Shown here piece by piece: positions 33,105 through 39,362 of a DNA stretch of 39,362 nt. Both the position numbers and the translations under genes were made by a program. A model generated the notes under the pieces. The model had not been told where the DNA came from, made no database searches, and saw only the letters and a program-made list of their open reading frames with translations. The DNA lies in IMG/VR virus record IMGVR_UViG_3300049732_000090, positions 1 through 39,362 of that record. One strand, 5' to 3'. Each line of letters opens with the position of its first letter. Within the stretch, counting starts at the first letter, position 1. The stretch comes from a virus (taxonomy: Duplodnaviria; Caudoviricetes).

Positions 33105-33904
33105 TCCGGCGGCAAGAGCAAATCGGCGATTGCCGGCTCATCCTCGGTGACTGTCTGGATGTCATTCCGACATTGAAGGCGATCGACGCCGTAATTACCG
33201 ATCCACCCTATAGCAGCGGCGGCATGTTTCGCGGCGACCGCGCCTATCTGCGGACATCAACGAAATACGTTCAGTCCGGCAGCATCTTCAAAGCAGAATT
33301 TTCCGGCGACAATCGCGATCAACGCGCGTTTCTGGCGTGGTCGACGATCTGGCTGGGCCGCTTGCTGCAAGCGTCAAAGCCCGGCGCCGTGTGCATGGTT
33401 TTCACCGATTGGCGCCAACTACCGACGATGACGGATGCCGTGCAATGCGGCGGCTGGGTCTGGCGCAATCTGGTCACGTGGTGGAAACCGGGCATCCGCA
33501 TGCAGCGCGGCCGGTTCTCATCGTCAGCCGAATATATCGTCTATGCGTCCAACGGCATGCCGGCAGATGGCGAACAATCGCCGCAGAACGTGATGATGTT
33601 CGCGCCGGTCGCCGGCGAGGACAAGGAGCACATTGCCGAGAAGCCGAAAGCGCTGCTGCAGGAGCTTGTCAGCGTCACAATTCCCGGCGCGCTGGTCGTG
33701 GATCCATTCATGGGATCGGGCACCACTGGCTTGGCTTGTGTCCAGTCGGGGCGGCGGTTCATCGGCATTGAGCTGGACGAGCATAGTTTTGACCAGGCGT
33801 GCAATCGTATTAGCCAGGCTTATGCACAACCGGACTTTTTCGTGCGCCAACAAGCACCGACGCAGCCGAGATTGCCGGGATTGGAACAGGTGGCCACCGC
33901 ATGA
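33101..33904 (+). CDS. DNA amino-methyltransferase (N6A/N4C, beta order)
   Basis: [32 protein letters not shown].....R.FIGIE. Confidence 0.92.
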   Translation: MIRRQEQIGDCRLILGDCLDVIPTLKAIDAVITDPPYSSGGMFRGDRAYLRTSTKYVQSGSIFKAEFSGDNRDQRAFLAWSTIWLGRLLQASKPGAVCMVFTDWRQLPTMTDAVQCGGWVWRNLVTWWKPGIRMQRGRFSSSAEYIVYASNGMPADGEQSPQNVMMFAPVAGEDKEHIAEKPKALLQELVSVTIPGALVVDPFMGSGTTGLACVQSGRRFIGIELDEHSFDQACNRISQAYAQPDFFVRQQAPTQPRLPGLEQVATA

Positions 33905-34305
33905 ACCACCAGCTCCACCTGTTCACCCGACGAAAGGCCCGCAAGCTGCCGCCGGCAAAGGAGTTTGCCACCCACTGCGCTGTTGCAGACCTGCTGCGTG
34001 TGTCGCTTAGTCCTGGCTGGATCTGGTTTCACTATCCGGCCGGTGAAAACCGCGATGCCAGGACCGGCGCACGGCTCAAGAGAATGGGCACCAAGGCCGG
34101 CGTTGCCGACTTCCTTTTCATTAGCCCGCCCAATGGCTTGTTCCATGCGCTTGAGCTAAAGCGCGGCAACCTTAAACCAACGCCTGAACAGCTTGAGTTT
34201 CTGCATCAGGTGAAAGCGGCGGGCGGAAAAGCCAACTGGTGCAACAGCTTCGACGGCGCGGTTGCGGTGCTCAAGCATTGGGGCGCTTTGAGGGTGGCTC
34301 AATGA
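33901..34305 (+). CDS. VRR-NUC domain nuclease
   Basis: WFH.PAGE.R....GA.LKRMG..AGVAD.......LELK......T.EQ..F. Confidence 0.85.
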   Translation: MNHQLHLFTRRKARKLPPAKEFATHCAVADLLRVSLSPGWIWFHYPAGENRDARTGARLKRMGTKAGVADFLFISPPNGLFHALELKRGNLKPTPEQLEFLHQVKAAGGKANWCNSFDGAVAVLKHWGALRVAQ

Positions 34306-35798
34306 TGCGCGTGCTCGACCTGTTCAGCGGCATCGGCGGCTTCAGCCTCGGTCTTGAAAGAACCGGCGGCTTCCGCACGGTCGCCTTCTGCGAGATCGAG
34401 CCTTATTGCCAAAAGGTGCTGGCGAAACATTGGCCTGGGGTGAAATGCTATGACGATGTCCGAAGCCTTTCAGCCGCTGCTCTGGCCAGAGACGGAATTG
34501 CCGTCGATGTCATCTGCGGCGGCTTTCCGTGCCAGGACATTTCCGCAGCTGGACGGGGTGCCGGGATCGACGGCGAGCGGTCGGGACTATGGTCGGAGTT
34601 CGCCCGACTTATTGGCGAGATACGACCGCGCTACGCGATCATCGAAAATGTCTCAAACCTTAGAAGCGGCTTCACCGTTCATGAACGGTGGCATGACCGC
34701 TGCCTATGTGGCTGGGCTTATCGATGGCGAAGGGTGTCTGTACATCGTCAGGCGGAAGAAGTGGTTCTATCCGCGTCTCGATCTCGCAATGGCGGACAAG
34801 GCTCTGCCGCTCTTGCAGAAGCTGCATCACCAGTTTGGCGGGAGCCTCAATCTCCATCGCAAGGCAACGGAACGGTGGGACGGAGCGCATCGCTGGGCGC
34901 TGATGGGCCAGCCTCTGCGGGAGTTGCTGACGAACTGTCTGCCCTTCTTTCAGGTGAAGAAGAGGCAGGCAGAACTATGCCTGAATTTGAACCCCAGGGA
35001 TGCGGAGACGATCAGGGCGCTGCTTACCGAATTGAACCGCAAGGGACCACCTGTGACGCAGGAGGCAGGGTGGTTTGCCCGGCGTGTGGGCGACCAGTGG
35101 CTGACGCCGCAGCAGAACTTCATCGATCCTACTGGTTTCACCGTGTTCTCGGAGACCTGGCCGAGATCGGGTATGACGCAGAATGGCACTGCATACCGGC
35201 TGCCGCCGTTGGCGCCCCTCACCGACGCGACCGGGTCTGGATTGTGGCCTACGCCCAACCTGCCCAACGGCGGCAGGACGCTGCACCATGTGGACGAATG
35301 GCGGGGCAACAGCGCCTATCACAAGGGCAAGAAGGTGCAGGTGGATCTGAACCAGGCAGTGAAGATGCTGCCGACGCCCAGGCCGTGTTCAGGGCTTCGT
35401 TCGTCAGGTGCGAACCGGACAGAGATCATGCGCGCTCTGGAGAAATGGCCGACGCCCAGGACCTTCGCGGCAATGGGAACGACCTTCACCGAGGAATCGC
35501 TGGGCAGGCTGGCAGCGAGGGCGCCCGAAAAGAAAAACCTGGAGGAACTGGTGGCGGCCAGACTGCTGCCGACGCCCACTGTGCAGGATGCGTCGAACAA
35601 TGGCGGCCCCTCCCAGTACGAGCGGAACTCCTTGCCGCTCAATGCGGTGATTGGTGGCGCACTGAACCCGCTGTGGGTAGAGTGGCTCATGGGGTTCCCT
35701 CTCGCGTGGACCGACTTAGCAGCCTCGGCAATGCTGTCGTCCCGCAAATCCCGGAGCTGATCGGCCGCGCCATCCTGGCGAGGGAGGCGGCGGGATGA
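34302..35798 (+). CDS. C5-cytosine DNA methyltransferase, large polypeptide (motifs I-VIII and X) with a ~150-aa insert
   Basis: LDLFSGIGG (I), GGFPCQD (IV), IIENV (VI), GAPHRRDR.W (VIII), LGNAVVP (X); no motif IX in this frame. Confidence 0.9.
   Translation: MMRVLDLFSGIGGFSLGLERTGGFRTVAFCEIEPYCQKVLAKHWPGVKCYDDVRSLSAAALARDGIAVDVICGGFPCQDISAAGRGAGIDGERSGLWSEFARLIGEIRPRYAIIENVSNLRSGFTVHERWHDRCLCGWAYRWRRVSVHRQAEEVVLSASRSRNGGQGSAALAEAASPVWREPQSPSQGNGTVGRSASLGADGPASAGVADELSALLSGEEEAGRTMPEFEPQGCGDDQGAAYRIEPQGTTCDAGGRVVCPACGRPVADAAAELHRSYWFHRVLGDLAEIGYDAEWHCIPAAAVGAPHRRDRVWIVAYAQPAQRRQDAAPCGRMAGQQRLSQGQEGAGGSEPGSEDAADAQAVFRASFVRCEPDRDHARSGEMADAQDLRGNGNDLHRGIAGQAGSEGARKEKPGGTGGGQTAADAHCAGCVEQWRPLPVRAELLAAQCGDWWRTEPAVGRVAHGVPSRVDRLSSLGNAVVPQIPELIGRAILAREAAG
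34450..35760 (+). CDS. Nested +1-frame polypeptide: MTase small subunit (motif IX, xPTP repeats) containing a LAGLIDADG domain
   Basis: 436 open codons; AYVAGLIDGEG; ETWPRSG; four (W/L)PTP units; LNPLWVEWLMGFP..WT is motif IX-like. Confidence 0.8.
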   Translation: MTMSEAFQPLLWPETELPSMSSAAAFRARTFPQLDGVPGSTASGRDYGRSSPDLLARYDRATRSSKMSQTLEAASPFMNGGMTAAYVAGLIDGEGCLYIVRRKKWFYPRLDLAMADKALPLLQKLHHQFGGSLNLHRKATERWDGAHRWALMGQPLRELLTNCLPFFQVKKRQAELCLNLNPRDAETIRALLTELNRKGPPVTQEAGWFARRVGDQWLTPQQNFIDPTGFTVFSETWPRSGMTQNGTAYRLPPLAPLTDATGSGLWPTPNLPNGGRTLHHVDEWRGNSAYHKGKKVQVDLNQAVKMLPTPRPCSGLRSSGANRTEIMRALEKWPTPRTFAAMGTTFTEESLGRLAARAPEKKNLEELVAARLLPTPTVQDASNNGGPSQYERNSLPLNAVIGGALNPLWVEWLMGFPLAWTDLAASAMLSSRKSRS

Positions 35799-36334
35799 GC
35801 TACATTCCCTTCCTGCCAGTAGACTGGCGCGATGAACTTCGGAAGCTCTATTGGGAGACCGATACGCCGGAAGACGAACTGGTCATTCGCTATCGCCTTA
35901 GCTCGCATGCTTCCGTTGTTTATCATGCAGGCCCGGTGGGCTGGGATGACATATGCTGCAAGCGCTGTCATCGGCCGCTGGAGATCAAAACACGCAATGA
36001 GTTGAAACAACTTCTCGCCAGAAGGCGTCCGGCTCTGTGCTTCTACTGTCAAATATTTCGTCGGGATGAGGAGGTTGAGGAAACCCGTCTAACCGACCTG
36101 GCGGAAATGCCTTATTCGGACTATCTGCAGACACCGGAGTGGCAGGAGGTGCGGAAGGCGGCGCTGGAGCGGGCCAACTATCGTTGCCAGGTTTGCAATG
36201 CCGCAGTGCCGCTGGACGTCCACCACCGGACCTATGAGCGGCGTGGCCATGAGCATGCCAACGATGTGATCGCGCTCTGCCGTGAGTGCCACGAGGTTTT
36301 CCACCACCATCGACAGATTGCGAGGCCCGACTAG
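35795..36334 (+). CDS. HNH endonuclease with N-terminal Zn finger
   Basis: Y.DYL.T.EW...R...L.R..Y.CQVC.....LDVHHRTY...G.E...D...LC..CH...H. Confidence 0.85.
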   Translation: MSYIPFLPVDWRDELRKLYWETDTPEDELVIRYRLSSHASVVYHAGPVGWDDICCKRCHRPLEIKTRNELKQLLARRRPALCFYCQIFRRDEEVEETRLTDLAEMPYSDYLQTPEWQEVRKAALERANYRCQVCNAAVPLDVHHRTYERRGHEHANDVIALCRECHEVFHHHRQIARPD

Positions 36335-36336
36335 CC

Positions 36337-36996
36337 ATGGCCCGCAAGAAGATTCCGCACTTCAAGCTCTACATCGACGATTTCATGAACGGCACCAAGG
36401 ACATGTCCGACGAGCAGGTGGGCATCTACATCCGCATGCTGTGCCAGATTTACGACGATGGCGGGGCCACGGACTTCAACCCGAAGAAGCTGAAAAATGT
36501 GCTGCATTGCCGGCCGACGGACGCCGAGAAGAAGGTGCGGCAACTGATTGGGCTGGGCAAGCTGTTCATCGACGACAACGGTCGAATTCACAATGGCCGG
36601 GCGGACGAAGAGGTCGAAAAGCGATCGTTGTGGCTGGGCCGGAAGTCGCTGGCGCAGCAAAAGCGCAAAGCCAGGATTATGGCTCAAATGGCGGCTGAAT
36701 TGGCCGCAAATGAAGCCAGAAAGTGCCCGGAAAAGCCAACGAAAACAAATGGTGATGGTGCATACGCTACGCGCGACTCCCGTACCAGTAAAGATAGTTC
36801 TGATATGGTAGCACCTAGCTTCCACGCGAAAACCGGAGAAGACGGCGCTTCGGCGCCGGACGTCGCGCTCTGCCTGAAGGGCAGCGCGCCGCCGTCGCCT
36901 CACGGGATGAATGCTACGGGACCGCCGCGCGATCCCTTCGCTGCTCTCAACCAACGTCGCGCCCAACGCGGCCAACCACCCGTCGAAAGGAACTGA
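36337..36996 (+). CDS. DUF1376/YdaU-like replication initiator
   Basis: PHFKLYIDDF..GT..MS.EQ.G.YIR.LC..YD; I.N.RAD.E. Confidence 0.82.
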   Translation: MARKKIPHFKLYIDDFMNGTKDMSDEQVGIYIRMLCQIYDDGGATDFNPKKLKNVLHCRPTDAEKKVRQLIGLGKLFIDDNGRIHNGRADEEVEKRSLWLGRKSLAQQKRKARIMAQMAAELAANEARKCPEKPTKTNGDGAYATRDSRTSKDSSDMVAPSFHAKTGEDGASAPDVALCLKGSAPPSPHGMNATGPPRDPFAALNQRRAQRGQPPVERN

Positions 36997-36997
36997 C

Positions 36998-37210
36998 ATG
37001 GACGAAATGGCCAAGGAATTTGATCGCATCCTCGACGCCGATCTGAAGAAGGACTTCCCCAACGCCCCGAAGCTGAAGCATACGCCGCACCCTTCCGGCA
37101 ACGGCGAGCCGCAGCCGCCGCGCACCACGGTGAGCCAGGACATCGATGCGCTGCGGGCCAAGCTGACGGTGATCGCGCGCGACATCGAACTGCTGAAGGG
37201 GCAGCTATGA
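36998..37210 (+). CDS. Hypothetical protein
   Basis: GAAAGGA RBS; coupled to the downstream gene. Confidence 0.65.
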   Translation: MDEMAKEFDRILDADLKKDFPNAPKLKHTPHPSGNGEPQPPRTTVSQDIDALRAKLTVIARDIELLKGQL

Positions 37211-37431
37211 CCGACATCGTGGAGCGGCTGCGGGCGACTGAGCCAAACGCGCGAGACATGCAGGATGCTGCCGACGAGATCGAGCGGCTGCGGGCGCAAC
37301 TGGACTTCGTCATGCAGGATCGGGCCAAGGAGGTGGCGCGGCGCGATGCCGAAATCGAGCGGCTGCGGGTGCTGAACGATGCGCAGGACCGCACCATCGA
37401 CAGGCTGGAAAGGAGGAGCGAAAAACCATGA
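37207..37431 (+). CDS. Small coiled-coil phage protein (DIVERLR...AADEIERLR)
   Basis: Common small phage protein motif; GAGCGGCTGCGGG repeated three times. Confidence 0.7.
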   Translation: MTDIVERLRATEPNARDMQDAADEIERLRAQLDFVMQDRAKEVARRDAEIERLRVLNDAQDRTIDRLERRSEKP

Positions 37432-37637
37432 GCAACGCACTGGACCAGGCCAAGGCCCTGCAGCGGCAGAAGGCGCGCAAGACCACGGTGATCATGCCGC
37501 TCGACGTGCTGCAGGCGCTGATCGCCGAAATCGAGCACCTCAATGCGGAACTCAACGAGACGACCGACCTCTTGGCTGAGGCCAGGCCACGACTGCGGGA
37601 CCTTCCACAGGTCGGCTTTGGGGTGAAGATGCCATGA
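37428..37637 (+). CDS. Hypothetical coiled-coil protein
   Basis: AGGAG RBS; ATGA overlaps on both sides. Confidence 0.65.
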   Translation: MSNALDQAKALQRQKARKTTVIMPLDVLQALIAEIEHLNAELNETTDLLAEARPRLRDLPQVGFGVKMP

Positions 37638-38380
37638 CCAGCTTCGACCGCACGGTGTTCTTCGATAGCGTCAGGGAAAGCCTGTTTTCCGGCTCGATGA
37701 ACCAGGACCAGGTCGATGGCATGGGGTTCATCCTCGATGCCTGGGAGCAGTATGCCAGCGATCATGACGTGCGGTGGTTGGCCAATTTCATGGCCCAGTC
37801 GGCGCATGAGACAGGCTTCGCCATGCAGCCGGTCGAGGAGCATGGGAAAGGAGAAGGACAACCGTATGGTGAGCCGGATAAAACTACAGGTTGTGCGTAC
37901 TATGGCAGAGGCTATGTGCAGCTGACATGGGCTTCCAACTATCAGCGGGCCGACAGCGAGTTTGGGTGGTCTGGAGACGAGAGTTGCTATTGGCACCCCG
38001 AATTGCAGCTGGATGCGTTCACGGCGGCTCGCACAGGCTATCGCGGCATGATGGAAGGCTGGTTCAGGTCAGACAGTGCGGGCAAGCAGACGCTGGGACG
38101 GTATTTCTCGGCCAGCGCGGACGACGCCTATGGGGCGAGGGAGATCATCAACGGCGACAAGAAGACGGTGCCGTCGTGGTCGCACGGGGTGTCGATCGGC
38201 AATCTCATCAAGGGATATCACCAGGACTTTCTAGCCGCATTGCAGGCGGCTGTGATCGTGGTGCCTGAGCCGGTACCGGTACCCGGGCTGGACGTGGTGC
38301 ATGTGAATATTCAGGCGCCGCCCAATGTGCAGGTATCGATCGCACTGAACGGCGAAATCATCGTGGCAGGTCCGGGCTGA
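37634..38380 (+). CDS. Glycoside hydrolase family 19 endolysin
   Basis: LA..MAQ..HET...MQP.EE; YYGRGYVQLTW..NY; AR.IING. Confidence 0.88.
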   Translation: MTSFDRTVFFDSVRESLFSGSMNQDQVDGMGFILDAWEQYASDHDVRWLANFMAQSAHETGFAMQPVEEHGKGEGQPYGEPDKTTGCAYYGRGYVQLTWASNYQRADSEFGWSGDESCYWHPELQLDAFTAARTGYRGMMEGWFRSDSAGKQTLGRYFSASADDAYGAREIINGDKKTVPSWSHGVSIGNLIKGYHQDFLAALQAAVIVVPEPVPVPGLDVVHVNIQAPPNVQVSIALNGEIIVAGPG

Positions 38381-38475
38381 TGGCGGACGGCAATGGCAGT
38401 TTCTGGATCGGCGCCTGGGTCGGGCTGTTCCTGGTGTTCATGATCGTGGCGCTGTTTCTGATGGGATGGCTGTGA
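38380..38475 (+). CDS. 31-aa single-TM peptide (holin candidate; absent from the ORF track)
   Basis: MADGNGSFWIGAWVGLFLVFMIVALFLMGWL*; TGATG overlaps at both ends. Confidence 0.55.
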   Translation: MADGNGSFWIGAWVGLFLVFMIVALFLMGWL

Positions 38476-38957
38476 TGCGCGGTTCGATGCTGGCGGAAGT
38501 GGAGATCGACAATCCGTGGTTTGCTTCCGATCACGCTGAAGGATCCGGAAATCTCCGCAAGGTCCATGTCGTTCTAAGGCCGGATGCGATCCAGTGGCTG
38601 GATGTGCGCGGTCGCTTAAAGCCGCACCAGAAAGCAGCGGCGATGAAATTCCGGCACTACTTCGAACTCAGGGAAGGTATGCGGCTGGGTGGTTTCCATG
38701 AGCATGTGGACCTACGCCATGCGCCATCCATATCCGATGCGGTGCTGGAGGCAGGGCAGGAACTACGGCGCTGTGCGGATGCTCTCAGCAGGGCTGACTA
38801 CATGCTGGTGGTGGACGTATGCGGCAGGGGCAAGGCGCTGACCGAGGTGTTTCCTGGTTATCACTTGAAGCGCAGAAGGCGGACAGCATTGGTCGATCTG
38901 TGCGCTGCGCTCGATGATCTGTCTTGTATGTGGCGGTTCATGTCGCACAAGATGTAG
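38475..38957 (+). CDS. Putative late-transcription regulator (DUF6456-like, Q position)
   Basis: DNP; L..RG.L...Q..AA..FR..FE; LV.DVCG.G; L...LD.L...W; last gene before the late promoter and HNH. Confidence 0.65.
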   Translation: MRGSMLAEVEIDNPWFASDHAEGSGNLRKVHVVLRPDAIQWLDVRGRLKPHQKAAAMKFRHYFELREGMRLGGFHEHVDLRHAPSISDAVLEAGQELRRCADALSRADYMLVVDVCGRGKALTEVFPGYHLKRRRRTALVDLCAALDDLSCMWRFMSHKM

Positions 38958-38990
38958 TTGACAGTCGGTGCCAACTACGACCATAAAGTT
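38954..38990 (+). promoter_or_regulatory. Putative late promoter with overlapping palindrome
   Basis: TTGACA at 38958-38963, weak -10 (CATAAA, 18-nt spacer); inverted repeat GTAGTTGACA-N5-TGCCAACTAC. Confidence 0.5.
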
Positions 38991-39031
38991 CTAGGTGGGG
39001 AACTATTGAAACCCACTCACTCCCTTCACCG

Positions 39032-39319
39032 ATGTCCATTCACGATCTCTGGTATACCAGCCGGCGCTGGCGCAGGCTGCGATGGCAGGTGCTGGTGCGC
39101 GACTGCTTTCGCTGTGCCATCTGCCACCACGTCAACGACTCCTCACAACTGGTCTGTGACCACATCACACCGCATCGAGGCGATGCCACCCTGTTCTGGT
39201 CGGGTCCATTCCAGACTCTGTGCAAGCAGTGCCATGACAGCGTGAAGCAGAGCATCGAGAAGGGTGGAACGAAACAGCCAAAGCCGCAGATCGGGCTGGA
39301 TGGATGGCCGGTGCAATGA
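39032..39319 (+). CDS. Terminase-associated HNH endonuclease (HK97 gp74-like)
   Basis: WY...RW..LR...L.RD...C..C......VCDHI.PHRGD..LFW....QTLC..CHD..KQ.IE.......IGLDGWP; followed by a G7 tract as seen before cos sites. Confidence 0.9.
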   Translation: MSIHDLWYTSRRWRRLRWQVLVRDCFRCAICHHVNDSSQLVCDHITPHRGDATLFWSGPFQTLCKQCHDSVKQSIEKGGTKQPKPQIGLDGWPVQ

Positions 39320-39362
39320 CCGGGGGGGCGTTGAAAGAGCCAGAGGCGTCCGCCCGGACAAG

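Noticed and set aside
34665-35135. LAGLIDADG insert as an intein or group I intron
   Set aside because: No intein terminal residues in either frame and no evident intron core; not formally excluded without RT-PCR or a covariance-model search.
39320-39362. cos site
   Set aside because: The G-tract context is suggestive, but the window ends before a cohesive-end sequence can be identified.

Overview
A near-complete, GC-rich temperate siphophage genome, most likely infecting an alphaproteobacterium of the Rhizobiales (inferred from a GcrA-like gene, GTA-type tail genes and the integrase/Xis type). The window starts inside the terminase large subunit and ends just after the terminase-associated HNH gene, so terS, most of terL and cos lie outside it. 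An intact attP-like site at about 23.6 kb implies an excised, non-integrated form. Layout: head and tail late operon (1-22.7 kb, + strand); a tRNA-like element, a moron, attP, integrase and the leftward early operon (22.7-29.2 kb, - strand); a lambda-like cI/cro switch (29.2-30.5 kb); and a rightward operon with three DNA methyltransferases, GcrA, several nucleases, a DUF1376-type replication protein, a GH19 endolysin, a putative late regulator and HNH (30.5-39.3 kb). Most notable: (1) a dual-frame, two-polypeptide C5 methyltransferase locus with a LAGLIDADG domain embedded so that both frames stay open, the insert being bracketed by Cys pairs in the other frame; (2) a 158-nt expanded tRNA-like RNA ending in CCA; (3) an integrase arm-binding domain fused to an HNH-type nuclease inside an insert flanked by a duplicated xis-like 5' end; (4) a Flp/Tad prepilin-like leader on a tail-tip protein; (5) a -1 tail chaperone frameshift and a +1 break in a Dam-like gene. 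All family names come from motif recognition by eye; no database search or folding program was run.
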